From an uncultured Alphaproteobacteria bacterium (GTDB lineage Bacteria; Pseudomonadota; Alphaproteobacteria; RF32; CAG-239): 64,000 bases of DNA. The translations under genes were made by a program, and so were the position numbers. Positions 36,482-46,171 of the stretch are shown one piece after another. The stretch covers positions 64,548 through 128,547 of the forward strand of contig CALXTM010000001.1 in assembly GCA_944391415.1 (NCBI GenBank), written 5' to 3'. Positions within the stretch are counted from its first letter, which is position 1. Every line of letters begins with the position of its first letter. A model generated the notes under the pieces. That model had not been told where the DNA came from. It was given only the letters and a program-made list of their open reading frames with translations, and did no database searches.

Positions 36482-37552
36482 TTATTGGAACAGGCTCAAT
36501 ACGGACTGTGCGGCCTGTGATGCCAAAGACAAAGAGTTAATAGCCAATTGCTGGCGAGTTTGCAATGCCAGGTAGTTGGCTGACTCTTCGTTCATATCGG
36601 CCAAGACAAGGTTGTCTGCACCTGTTTCCAATACATCAATCAAAGACTCGGTGAAGTTTTGACGGGTCTCGATGATTGAGTAGTTGTTACCAAGCTCGGT
36701 GGCATATGAACGCAAGTAATCGGTTGCAGCGGCTATCTCGGTGATACTTTCATCAATCGAGGCGGCATAGCTCTCTACTTCTACTTCTTCAGTTAGAGCA
36801 ACTGCTTGGGTACCGGGTTTTTCTGTTTGTTTTTGTCCAGAGGCAGTGGCTTCATACCAACCGTCTGCACCTTTAACAACCTCTTTTTTACCGCCTGCAG
36901 CCAATTCTATCTGATAAATCTGAGTTCCGGCTGCAACTTTACCACCGGTACCATCCAATGTTAACTCGGCCTTGGTTACCTTGTTTACGGTTTTCATTTC
37001 ACCAGTGGCAACAGATGTCCAAGACTCAGATCCGCTCAAGTTCATACCGGCAACAACATCTTTACCCTGAATTTCAAATTTGTTAGAACGGGTTTCGTTG
37101 AAGGTTACGGTCAATTTGCCGCCTTTCAACAAGTTGATACCTTGATATGACGAATCTGCTACCAATTTCGAAATTTCGGCTTGAATTGAATCAAACTGCT
37201 CTTTGTAGCTTGCTATTTGCTCTTCATAACTGTCGGTGTTTGGATCCAAAGCATAAGCAGATTCTGCTACCGACTTTAATTGCTCTATAAACGAGGTTAC
37301 CGCCTCAATACCTTGGTTGGCGGCCTCAATGGTTTGAATTCCCTGGCCCATACTGTCAAGCAAAGCATCCAAATCGCCTGCACGGTTGGTCAAAGAACGG
37401 GCTTGATAATAGCTCGACGCATTATCTATTGCTGAGTTTACTTTCTTACCGGTGGAAAGTCTTTCTTGCGTGATGTCCATTTGCGATTGGATCGACTTCA
37501 ACGAAGAAAGGTTTGAACGCATACTTGCGGTCAATGTAATTGTGTTTGACAT
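36482..37552 (-). CDS. flagellin (copy 1, 356 aa)
   Basis: MSNTITLTASMRSNLSSLKSIQSQMDITQERLSTGKKVNSAIDNAS... N-terminus and ADMNEESANYLALQTRQQLAINSLSLASQ C-terminus, matching the alphaproteobacterial flagellin type. The start is the internal ATG at 37552, with a GGGAGA RBS. Confidence 0.9.
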   Translation of the reverse strand: MSNTITLTASMRSNLSSLKSIQSQMDITQERLSTGKKVNSAIDNASSYYQARSLTNRAGDLDALLDSMGQGIQTIEAANQGIEAVTSFIEQLKSVAESAYALDPNTDSYEEQIASYKEQFDSIQAEISKLVADSSYQGINLLKGGKLTVTFNETRSNKFEIQGKDVVAGMNLSGSESWTSVATGEMKTVNKVTKAELTLDGTGGKVAAGTQIYQIELAAGGKKEVVKGADGWYEATASGQKQTEKPGTQAVALTEEVEVESYAASIDESITEIAAATDYLRSYATELGNNYSIIETRQNFTESLIDVLETGADNLVLADMNEESANYLALQTRQQLAINSLSLASQAAQSVLSLFQ

Positions 37553-37694
37553 GGTATTTCTCCCAAATTGACTTACTTTATAATTTCTTGTTACTACAAG
37601 AAATCGCTTAACAATTGCCCAACCAATCAATGCCTGATTAGACAATATAATGTGATTGTAATATAAAATATTTAATTATTGCTTAACAAGCAAA

Positions 37695-37724
37695 TGCGAG
37701 AGGCAGATGTTATATCTGCCTCCC
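37695..37724 (-). terminator. probable terminator of flagellin copy 2
   Basis: GAGGCAGAT-ATAAC-ATCTGCCTC hairpin. The downstream U-tract is weak. Confidence 0.5.
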
Positions 37725-37740
37725 TGATTAATCATATTTA

Positions 37741-38562
37741 TTAGAACAAGCTCAAGATCGATTGTGCCGACTGCGATGCCAAAGACAAAGAGTTAATAGC
37801 CAATTGCTGGCGAGTTTGCAATGCCAGGTAGTTGGCTGACTCTTCGTTCATATCGGCCAAGACAAGGTTGTCTGCACCTGTTTCCAACACATCAATCAAA
37901 GACTCGGTGAAGTTTTGACGGGTCTCAATGATTGAGTAGTTGTTACCAAGCTCGGTGGCATATGAACGCAGGTAATCCATGGCTTCGGCAATTTCGGTAA
38001 TTGATGCATCTACCGTGTCGGCATCGTCCCAAGTGCCGGTGGCAACAGAAATATCCATACCGGTAACAATGTCTTTACCTTGAATTTCGAATTTATTAGA
38101 ACGCGTCTCGTTGAAGGTTACGGTCAACTTCCCGCCTTTTAACAAGTTAACACCTTGGTAAGATGAATCTGCTACCAAATTTACAATCTCTTCTTTGATT
38201 GCATCAAACTGAGCAGCATAGGCAGCCAAATCGGTGTCATAGCCATCTGCATCAGGATCCAAAGCATAAGCAGATTCAGCAACTGACTTCATTTGCTCGA
38301 CAAACGAAGTTACGGCTTCAATACCTTGGTTGGCAGCCTCAATTGTCTGAATTCCTTGTCCCATGCTATCAAGAAGCGCATCCAAATCCCCAGCACGGTT
38401 GGTCAAAGAACGTGCCTGATAATAACTCGATGCATTGTCAATAGCTGAATTTACCTTCTTACCGGTTGAAAGTCTTTCTTGCGTGATGTCCATTTGCGAT
38501 TGGATCGACTTCAACGAAGCAAGGTTAGAACGCATACTTGCGGTTAATGTAATAGTAGACAT
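37741..38562 (-). CDS. flagellin (copy 2, short, 273 aa, minimal variable domain)
   Basis: Same conserved N- and C-terminal domains as the other copies. The start is the ATG at 38562 (MSTITLTASMRSNL). Confidence 0.9.
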   Translation of the reverse strand: MSTITLTASMRSNLASLKSIQSQMDITQERLSTGKKVNSAIDNASSYYQARSLTNRAGDLDALLDSMGQGIQTIEAANQGIEAVTSFVEQMKSVAESAYALDPDADGYDTDLAAYAAQFDAIKEEIVNLVADSSYQGVNLLKGGKLTVTFNETRSNKFEIQGKDIVTGMDISVATGTWDDADTVDASITEIAEAMDYLRSYATELGNNYSIIETRQNFTESLIDVLETGADNLVLADMNEESANYLALQTRQQLAINSLSLASQSAQSILSLF

Positions 38563-38828
38563 GGCTTTTCTCCCAATATAAAAGTTTATCACAATACTTG
38601 TGTGCTTCTATTAACACTACAAAATCAGTATATCATATTTTGCAATGGGCAACAATAGTGAAACATTGTTTTTTAATAAAAATTAAAATAATGCATTGAA
38701 TAACAATATTTTTTTCGTGAAACATTTTATGTCAAAAAGACTTAACGACTCGGCAAAATTATGAAATTTTGATGACGTTTTTACCCTTGTTTTGGTATTA
38801 TAATACCATAAAATAAGATTGTTACTGC

Positions 38829-38859
38829 AAAAAAAGGGGAGACAATGAATTGTCTCCCC
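38829..38859 (-). terminator. rho-independent terminator of flagellin copy 3
   Basis: GGGGAGACAA-TTCA-TTGTCTCCCC hairpin followed by TTTTTTT on the minus strand. Confidence 0.8.
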
Positions 38860-38886
38860 TTTTTAATAATCCACTTTGGCCAGTAT

Positions 38887-39921
38887 TTAGAACAGGCTCA
38901 ATACGGACTGTGCGGCCTGTGATGCCAAAGATAAAGAGTTAATAGCCAATTGCTGGCGAGTTTGCAATGCCAGGTAGTTGGCTGACTCTTCGTTCATATC
39001 GGCCAAGACAAGGTTGTCTGCACCTGTTTCCAACACATCAATCAAAGACTCGGTGAAGTTTTGACGGGTCTCAATGATTGAGTAGTTGTTACCAAGCTCG
39101 GTGGCATATGAACGCAGGTAATCGGTTGCAGCGGCTATCTCGGTGATACTTTCATCAATCGAGGCGGCATAGCTCCTGACTTCTACGGTTTTTAATGTCG
39201 GAGTACCATTAGGTCTAATTTCGGTTCCATCTGCGGTTTTGTAATATTTGCCGTTGTATTTTACCATTTCGGTAGCATCATCATCAACATAAATTGATGC
39301 ACCGGCGGCAACTGTTCCGACATCACCGTCAAGCTCCAAAGGATCAGCTAAAGTGGCTGTAGCTGTAGTGCCGGTTTCTTCCAATATCCAAGAATCAGAT
39401 CCGCTCAAGTTCATGCCGGCAACAACATCTTTACCCTGAATTTCAAATTTGTTAGAACGGGTTTCGTTGAAGGTTACGGTTAATTTGCCGCCCTTCAACA
39501 AGTTGATACCTTGATATGACGAATCTGCTACCAATTTCGAAATTTCGGCTTGAATTGAATCAAACTGCTCTTTGTAGCTTGCTATTTGCTCTTCATAACT
39601 GTCGGTGTTTGGATCCAAAGCATAAGCAGATTCTGCTACCGACTTTAATTGCTCTATAAACGAGGTTACCGCCTCAATACCTTGGTTGGCGGCCTCAATG
39701 GTTTGAATTCCCTGGCCCATACTGTCAAGCAAAGCATCCAAATCGCCTGCACGGTTGGTCAAAGAACGGGCTTGATAATAGCTCGACGCATTATCTATTG
39801 CTGAGTTTACTTTCTTACCGGTGGAAAGTCTTTCTTGCGTGATGTCCATCTGCGATTGGATCGACTTCAACGAGGCAAGGTTTGAACGCATACTTGCGGT
39901 CAATGTAATTGTGTTTGACAT
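38887..39921 (-). CDS. flagellin (copy 3, 344 aa)
   Basis: The N-terminal ~170 aa and C-terminal ~95 aa are almost identical to copy 1. The central segment is different. Confidence 0.9.
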   Translation of the reverse strand: MSNTITLTASMRSNLASLKSIQSQMDITQERLSTGKKVNSAIDNASSYYQARSLTNRAGDLDALLDSMGQGIQTIEAANQGIEAVTSFIEQLKSVAESAYALDPNTDSYEEQIASYKEQFDSIQAEISKLVADSSYQGINLLKGGKLTVTFNETRSNKFEIQGKDVVAGMNLSGSDSWILEETGTTATATLADPLELDGDVGTVAAGASIYVDDDATEMVKYNGKYYKTADGTEIRPNGTPTLKTVEVRSYAASIDESITEIAAATDYLRSYATELGNNYSIIETRQNFTESLIDVLETGADNLVLADMNEESANYLALQTRQQLAINSLSLASQAAQSVLSLF

Positions 39922-40018
39922 AGCATTTCTCCATATATTAATGTCTTCAAATACTTTTGAACATTACGATTATCATATATAAAAGTTAATTTTTCGTAAC
40001 CAGAAAAATATTTTTATC

Positions 40019-40047
40019 AAAAAAAAAGACGGCCCTCTTGGCCGTCT
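40019..40047 (-). terminator. rho-independent terminator of flagellin copy 4
   Basis: GACGGCC-AAGAG-GGCCGTC hairpin followed by T9 on the minus strand. Confidence 0.8.
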
Positions 40048-40072
40048 TTTTTGGGAGAAATGCTCCAATATC

Positions 40073-41299
40073 CTATTGGAACAAGCTCAAGATTGACTGT
40101 GCCGACTGCGATGCCAATGACAAAGAGTTAATAGCCAATTGCTGGCGAGTCTGCAATGCCAGGTAGTTGGCTGATTCTTCGTTCATATCGGCCAAGACAA
40201 GGTTGTCTGAGCCGGTCTCTAATACGTCAATCAATGCATCGGTAAAGTTTTGACGGGTCTCAATGATTGAGTAGTTGTTACCAAGCTCGGTGGCATAAGA
40301 ACGCAAGTAATCCGTAGCATTGGCAATTTCGGTAATGGTATTGTCAATTGATGTTGCATAGCTGCCGCCGGTTTGTTGAACCGTAGCACCGGCCGGAGTG
40401 CCAGCACCTTTTGCAACCAAAGCTTTGGTTGTTGTATTATACCAATTATTATCATCACCTTTGGCTATGGTTGCGCCATCAAGAGTATAAAGCTCGGTTC
40501 CTTCTGCAATGGTAACGGTCGGAGCAGATATCTGGGCAGTAGTATCGTCGCCAGAGTCTGTAAGACTTGCAGTATCACCGGTATATTCATCCCCAAGTGT
40601 GTTCTGGCCGGTTACATTGTACCATTTGCCGTTGCTAGCTTGAGCAACGCGGATTGTACCCTCGTCATCGGTCATCAAATCAGCGCCGTTGGCTATCGTG
40701 CCGGCCTCAGAAACCGTAATGGCTTCGGCTGCAGTGACATTGGTTATGACATCACCCTCATAGACCCAGTCGGCCGCACTGCCTATATTCATTTGTTCAA
40801 TAATATTTTCGCCCTGAATGGTAAATTTATTGGAACGTGTCTCGTTGAAGGTTACGGTTAATTTGCCGCCCTTTAACAAGTTGATACCTTGATAAGAGGC
40901 ATCGGCAACCAACTTGGTAATTTCATTTTGAATAGATTCAAATTGTTCCTGATAGCTGGCAATTTGTTCTGCATAGCTTGGTGTCGTCGGGTCAAGCGCA
41001 TAAGCCGATTCTGCTACCGACTTTAACTGCTCAACGAATGAGGTAACAGCCTCTATGCCTTCGTTAGCAGCCTCAATCGTTTGAATTCCCTGTCCCATGC
41101 TGTCAAGCAAAGCATCCAAATCGCCTGCACGGTTGGTCAAAGCGCGTGCCTGGTAATAGCTTGACGCATTGTCAATTGCAGAGTTTACCTTTTTACCGGT
41201 TGAAAGCCTTTCTTGGGTGGCGTCCATTTGGCTTTGAATGGACTTTAGTGATGCAAGATTGGAACGCATACTTGCCGTTAATGTAATAGTTTGAGCCAT
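40073..41299 (-). CDS. flagellin (copy 4, 408 aa, largest variable domain)
   Basis: MAQTITLTASMRSNLASLKSIQSQMDATQERLSTGKKVNS... with the conserved C-terminus. More diverged than copies 1-3. Confidence 0.9.
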   Translation of the reverse strand: MAQTITLTASMRSNLASLKSIQSQMDATQERLSTGKKVNSAIDNASSYYQARALTNRAGDLDALLDSMGQGIQTIEAANEGIEAVTSFVEQLKSVAESAYALDPTTPSYAEQIASYQEQFESIQNEITKLVADASYQGINLLKGGKLTVTFNETRSNKFTIQGENIIEQMNIGSAADWVYEGDVITNVTAAEAITVSEAGTIANGADLMTDDEGTIRVAQASNGKWYNVTGQNTLGDEYTGDTASLTDSGDDTTAQISAPTVTIAEGTELYTLDGATIAKGDDNNWYNTTTKALVAKGAGTPAGATVQQTGGSYATSIDNTITEIANATDYLRSYATELGNNYSIIETRQNFTDALIDVLETGSDNLVLADMNEESANYLALQTRQQLAINSLSLASQSAQSILSLFQ

Positions 41300-41366
41300 T
41301 TTCTATCTCCTTATTTGCTGCTGAGGGCAAATCATTACTTTAAAAAACTGTTGTTGTGTCAAATAA

Positions 41367-41768
41367 TTATGGCTGTGTCCCTTTTAAGGTTGAGCCGAAT
41401 AATTTATCCTCTTGTTCGATCAACTTGGCAGCACTCTTAATCGCCGCATAATAGTCGCTTACTATTATTGCTTCTGCAATCGGAGCAACATACGGGCGAA
41501 GGCTGGGAGCGGCTTCCTGCAAATCCCTGACATATTCCAAAAACAACTGCTGCAGTTGTTTACTGCCTTTTGACAAATACATCTGTTGAACAATAAAATA
41601 AACCCGCTTGGCAGGCGTGGTCGCATCTTTCTCTTTCAAAATAAACTTTTCGCGCAAAATCGGCACATTGCCATCAATATAAAAGCGAATACGATCATTG
41701 TCATTGGTGATCAATGCATCGCCGATGATAATGCTTTCTCGCGGTTTAAGTTCTATCTTCAGAGGCAT
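41367..41768 (-). CDS. flbT: flagellin synthesis post-transcriptional regulator FlbT
   Basis: 133 aa. MPLKIELKPRESIIIGDALITNDNDR...ILREKFILKEKDATTPAKRVYFIVQQMYL follows the FlbT family pattern (M.LK..LKPGE...ING). Confidence 0.75.
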   Translation of the reverse strand: MPLKIELKPRESIIIGDALITNDNDRIRFYIDGNVPILREKFILKEKDATTPAKRVYFIVQQMYLSKGSKQLQQLFLEYVRDLQEAAPSLRPYVAPIAEAIIVSDYYAAIKSAAKLIEQEDKLFGSTLKGTQP

Positions 41769-41912
41769 AAAATTCTCCTTCCACCTGCTATTTCGTGTTT
41801 AAGAATATTTATTTATTAACGAAAAGTAAATATTTAATTGCATATTGTGCACAACTATACTATAAGGCTTGCTAGTGTGACGAATCGTTTTATTGCTTTG
41901 AGAAGAGACATT

Positions 41913-43721
41913 ATGGCCGAACCTCCGATTTATACTTTGAAAAACATCAGTTTGTCTTTTGGAAACAATCATTTGTTTACCGGGGTTGATTTGTTTGTCA
42001 ACCGCGGCGATAAAATATGTTTGGTCGGCCGCAACGGATCAGGAAAATCAACCCTGCTTAAAGTCATTTGCGGTATAATCGAGCCAGACGGCGGAGAAAT
42101 ATTTATGCAGCCCGGCACCAAAATAGCCTATATGCCGCAAGAACCAGATTTGTCAAATTTTGCCACTTTGAAAGATGTGATACTGGCCGGAGCCCCAGAA
42201 ACCGAAAAAGATAATGATTATTTGGCCGATATTTGGCTTGACAAATTTAACCTTAACGGTGATACAAACCCCAAAAAAGCATCGGGCGGAGAATGCCGTA
42301 AAGCCGCCTTGGCCAGAGCCCTTATCGGCGAGCCGGATATTTTGTTGTTGGATGAACCAACCAACCATCTTGATATTGCAACGATTGAAAAACTTGAAAA
42401 CATTATTAAAGATTTTCGCGGGGCGGTTATTTTGATATCTCATGACAGGATGTTCCTTGACCATACCTCAAAAACAACTTTTTGGCTTGACCGCGGCAAA
42501 ATGCACATAAACAACAAAGGCTTTACTGATTTTGAAAACTGGCAAGAACAAATCATTAACCAAGAAATTATCGACCAGAACAACTTGGATAAAAAAATTG
42601 CCGAGGAGACCGAATGGTTGCACAAAGGTGTAACCGCCAGACGCAGACGCAACATGGGACGGTTGCGGCGGCTGATTGAATTACGGCGGCAGCGACGCGA
42701 ACAAATAAAACAAATCGGCAACATTAATCTTGAAATTGATGAGGGAGATTTTCGCTCTAGGCTGGTGATTGAAGCCAAACATGTTTGCAAAACTTTTGGT
42801 GGGCGCGAAATAATAAAAGATTTTTCGACCAGAATTATCCGCGGCAACAAAATAGGTATTGTCGGGCCGAACGGTGCCGGCAAAACCACGTTGGTAAAAC
42901 TTTTGACCAAGCGTTTGGAGCCTGACAGCGGATTTGTCAGAATAGGAAAAAATCTGGAAGAGGCCTATTTTGATCAAAATCGTATTACCCTTGATCCAAA
43001 GAAAACCCTGTGGCAAACCCTTTGCGACAAAGGCGACCATATTATGGTTCAAGGACACTGGCGTCATGTGGTGGCATACTTGAAAGACTTTTTGTTTAAA
43101 CCTGACCAGGCTCAGTGTCCGGTGGCAGCTTTGTCCGGCGGCGAAAAAAATCGTTTGATGCTGGCAAAAGCTTTGGCTCAACCATCAAACTTTTTGGTAT
43201 TGGACGAGCCTACAAATGACCTTGACATGGATACGCTTGATTTGTTGCAAGAAGTACTGAGCGAATATGCCGGAACAATAATCATCGTCAGCCATGACCG
43301 TGACTTTTTGGACAGGGTTGTCGGCTCAATAATCTATCTTAAAGGCGACGGAAGCGCTTTTGAACATGTGGGGACATACAGCGAACTTTGGCAAAAACTT
43401 AAAGAGCAAAATATGTCAACCCGCAACAACAATAATGATAAAAAACAGCCAGCCAAAGAAACTTTTATCAAAGACAAAAACTCACACAAACTAAGCTATA
43501 ACCAAAAACGCTTGCTTGAAATATTGCCAACAGAAATAAGTCAGCTTGATCAAGACATTGCCAAACTTGTCAACGAATTGTCAAATCCTGATTTATATCA
43601 AAATAATCCGCAAAGATTTGACGAAGCATCGGCCGAGCTGGATGAAAAGCAGAAACTCAAAGCCGAAAAAGAAGAAAAATGGCTGGAAATATCTATTTTG
43701 GCAGATGAGTGTGTGAATTAA
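41913..43721 (+). CDS. uup: ABC-F family ATPase (Uup-like)
   Basis: Two ABC cassettes ([24 protein letters not shown] and [24 protein letters not shown]), no TM domain, and a C-terminal coiled coil. The likely start is the ATG at 41913. Confidence 0.85.
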   Translation: MAEPPIYTLKNISLSFGNNHLFTGVDLFVNRGDKICLVGRNGSGKSTLLKVICGIIEPDGGEIFMQPGTKIAYMPQEPDLSNFATLKDVILAGAPETEKDNDYLADIWLDKFNLNGDTNPKKASGGECRKAALARALIGEPDILLLDEPTNHLDIATIEKLENIIKDFRGAVILISHDRMFLDHTSKTTFWLDRGKMHINNKGFTDFENWQEQIINQEIIDQNNLDKKIAEETEWLHKGVTARRRRNMGRLRRLIELRRQRREQIKQIGNINLEIDEGDFRSRLVIEAKHVCKTFGGREIIKDFSTRIIRGNKIGIVGPNGAGKTTLVKLLTKRLEPDSGFVRIGKNLEEAYFDQNRITLDPKKTLWQTLCDKGDHIMVQGHWRHVVAYLKDFLFKPDQAQCPVAALSGGEKNRLMLAKALAQPSNFLVLDEPTNDLDMDTLDLLQEVLSEYAGTIIIVSHDRDFLDRVVGSIIYLKGDGSAFEHVGTYSELWQKLKEQNMSTRNNNNDKKQPAKETFIKDKNSHKLSYNQKRLLEILPTEISQLDQDIAKLVNELSNPDLYQNNPQRFDEASAELDEKQKLKAEKEEKWLEISILADECVN

Positions 43722-44686
43722 TCATTTTCCGGAAACAGATTAAGTCCTTTGGCCATACGCGTCATTTGTGTCTCGATTGACGTGCCGAGGTTGAGTTTGC
43801 CGCTTTTGATAATTCCTCGTACCTGATCGCCCTTGGATGTATCTGGATTGGCAAACAGGAACGAAACTTGAGGTTTCTTTATGCCTTTGCCCACCAAAAC
43901 CTGATGCAAAACGCCCAACATTCCGCGCGAAAACAAATCATACGCCAAATCCTCGCTCATATCACCGGCAGAGGCATATTTGATAACCGAGTTTATGGCA
44001 TCGGTAACATTGTTGGCGTGGATGGTTGAAAAAACCAAGTGTCCAGAGGTTGCAGCACGCAAAACCTCGCTGGCGGCATCAGGCGTACGAATCTCGCCAA
44101 CCATGATATAGCGCGGCTTTGAACGCAAAGCCGACTTCAAACTTTCGCCCCAGTTGCCGTTAATCGGCAGGGTTTGTTTGCAAAGGCCAAGTCCGCCGGT
44201 TTCTACCATATAAATACCATCTAACGGTTGTTCGGTCGGGTCTTCGATGGTGTAGGCAAAACCGCCTTCCTTGGTCAAAAATTCTTTAAGCAGGCTTGAA
44301 ATGGTGGTCGTTTTGCCTGATCCGGTCGGGCCGGAGCACAAAATCAGCCCGGATGAACGACGCAAAGTCATTAAAAAATTGACTAACTCGGTCGGATAGC
44401 CCAAAATCCTTATTGACGGCGTGCTAGACGGCATTTTGCGGATGCAGTAGTACACACCAGAGATTGCCTCGCCTCGTTCAACACGATAAAAAACACCATG
44501 ATAACAAAGCGAATAACTTGAGTTGACGCCATCCCAAGAATTTTCCACTAAGGCAAAAAACTGATCAAAGTCTTCGGCCTCAAACAGCATCAGCGCATTG
44601 AGCGTGCGTTTATCTGGTATATAGGCTTTGCGGTCTGATGCAGAAATATAAATATCGGAAAATTTGGTATCGGCAATTGTTGGCAT
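43718..44686 (-). CDS. PilT/VirB11-class secretion ATPase (orphan)
   Basis: 322 aa. Walker [11 protein letters not shown], Asp box TIEDPTE, Walker [10 protein letters not shown] and His box [11 protein letters not shown] are all intact. The N-terminal domain is PilT-like (SDIYIS...). Confidence 0.8.
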   Translation of the reverse strand: MPTIADTKFSDIYISASDRKAYIPDKRTLNALMLFEAEDFDQFFALVENSWDGVNSSYSLCYHGVFYRVERGEAISGVYYCIRKMPSSTPSIRILGYPTELVNFLMTLRRSSGLILCSGPTGSGKTTTISSLLKEFLTKEGGFAYTIEDPTEQPLDGIYMVETGGLGLCKQTLPINGNWGESLKSALRSKPRYIMVGEIRTPDAASEVLRAATSGHLVFSTIHANNVTDAINSVIKYASAGDMSEDLAYDLFSRGMLGVLHQVLVGKGIKKPQVSFLFANPDTSKGDQVRGIIKSGKLNLGTSIETQMTRMAKGLNLFPEND

Positions 44687-44689
44687 TTT

Positions 44690-45229
44690 TTACTCCTTGT
44701 CAGAATCTGATTGGCTCATGACGGCGCGGCCTGCCAAAATCTCGGTTATTTGGTAGAGATTGGCTCTTATAAGCTCCATCTCATCATTATCATAACGGCA
44801 CAAGCTCAGACGCTGACGTTGTTCTTTTACGATCGGACGCAAATTGTTTTGGCGCTTGGATAATGCTATGTTGCTCTCAAGACTTTCTTGCAGGCTGACA
44901 CAATCGACCAGACCGCGAATACGTTGTTCGTCATAGAAGAAGCGTTCGACACTCCAGTGTTGGGCTTTTAGCCAGTTGCTGATGGCGGTCGGATACTGCT
45001 GTTTTGAAGAAAGCGAAATTTGAACAAGATATTTTTGCAGCGGACCATTAACAATTCTGGTCCATAAATTCAAAAACTCGTTTAACTCGGCGACATCGAT
45101 TTTTTGCCCTGATATGGGAGGAGATGCATAAGGACGGCTTATGCCCAAATCGCTCAATGGCTGAAAAATAAACCACCCCAAAAACACAAAACTAACAATC
45201 AAAATCAATATTTTGGTTTTGCGCGTCAT
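44690..45229 (-). CDS. hypothetical N-terminally anchored membrane protein
   Basis: 179 aa with one N-terminal TM (ILILIVSFVFLGWFIF). Lies 3 nt upstream of the ATPase gene and 5 nt downstream of the HAD-like gene. Confidence 0.6.
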   Translation of the reverse strand: MTRKTKILILIVSFVFLGWFIFQPLSDLGISRPYASPPISGQKIDVAELNEFLNLWTRIVNGPLQKYLVQISLSSKQQYPTAISNWLKAQHWSVERFFYDEQRIRGLVDCVSLQESLESNIALSKRQNNLRPIVKEQRQRLSLCRYDNDEMELIRANLYQITEILAGRAVMSQSDSDKE

Positions 45230-45234
45230 CTAAC

Positions 45235-46095
45235 CTACCACCTCAAAGCCGAAATAACACACGAAGGCGAAACATCATAGCTGTTGGACAGCTCTCTGGT
45301 CTTGGCCACATCTGGAATATAACCCTCGCCCAAGTAATTAACATGACGTCCCTTGGACAACAAAACAGAATCATAGCCCAAAAGTGAGGCCATCTTTATG
45401 TCGGTTGGGACATTATCGCCGACAATCACAATCTTTCCTGGCTCACCAAGCCCTTCTAAAGCATAGCGCAACATGGCAGTATCTGGTTTGCCCAAAGTTA
45501 TAATGCGGCCGCCCAAAATGGCATAGGCCTCGGCAATTGCCCCGGGGGCAAGACACAGTTTGCCACCAATAAAGCACGAAGTATCATTGCCGGCACAAAC
45601 AAACGGCAGACCCAAATTAACCGCCTGCTCCAAACTGGGACGGTACATATCGACCAAATCATCAGGCGATGCGACCTCACTCATATAAATGAAATGAGCT
45701 TGTTCAATTGATGATACCTCGGTAAACGGAAGTCCGCAAAAAACCCCTTTGGAGGCACGCGACCCAAGATGATAATAGCGATTGCCCAAAGCCGCGTATT
45801 CGTTTTGGGCAGCTTTTAGTTTATAGTGCAAAATCTCGCCGGCCGAAACGACATTACTCAGTGAACCGACATCTACCCCGTTTTTGAGCATAATTTCAAC
45901 CAACTCAGCAACTCGCAGGTGAGAGTTGCTTATAATAATCAGCTTTTTGCCCAAAGTTGAAAGGCGCTTAAGACAGGAAGCCGCCTCCGGCAAAATAACA
46001 CGGCCATCATATAACACACCGTTGAAACCGAAGACAAAAGTATCATAGTCATCGGCAATTTTGGAAAGATTGACTATCGGCTTAATCATTTTCAT
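45235..46095 (-). CDS. HAD-superfamily IIA-like protein (TIGR01459-like), motif I apparently degenerate
   Basis: YDTFVFGFNGVLYDG (family consensus as I recall it: YD....DVWGV.HNG), IIISNS, GKPD and VGDNVPTDI motifs. The likely start is the ATG at 46095, with GAAGG 9 nt upstream. Confidence 0.7.
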   Translation of the reverse strand: MKMIKPIVNLSKIADDYDTFVFGFNGVLYDGRVILPEAASCLKRLSTLGKKLIIISNSHLRVAELVEIMLKNGVDVGSLSNVVSAGEILHYKLKAAQNEYAALGNRYYHLGSRASKGVFCGLPFTEVSSIEQAHFIYMSEVASPDDLVDMYRPSLEQAVNLGLPFVCAGNDTSCFIGGKLCLAPGAIAEAYAILGGRIITLGKPDTAMLRYALEGLGEPGKIVIVGDNVPTDIKMASLLGYDSVLLSKGRHVNYLGEGYIPDVAKTRELSNSYDVSPSCVISALRW

Positions 46096-46171
46096 AGTAC
46101 ACAACCTTCGCTTGTAACTTGTTTATTTTCGGATTATAGATACATTAAGCTTAAAAACAAGTTAAAAAACA

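Noticed and set aside
37604-37621. Possible sigma-54 promoter upstream of flagellin copy 1 (GG-N10-GC on the minus strand: TTGGGCAATTGTTAAGCG)
   Set aside because: Only the GG/GC dinucleotides and their spacing fit. The flanking -24 and -12 bases are poor (GGGCAA / AAGC), and the other three flagellin leaders lack it.
17907-41768. The whole flagellar region as a horizontally acquired island
   Set aside because: I found no integrase, transposase, flanking tRNA or direct repeats. Apart from the flgE core, composition matches the rest of the window, and housekeeping accBC is embedded in the region.
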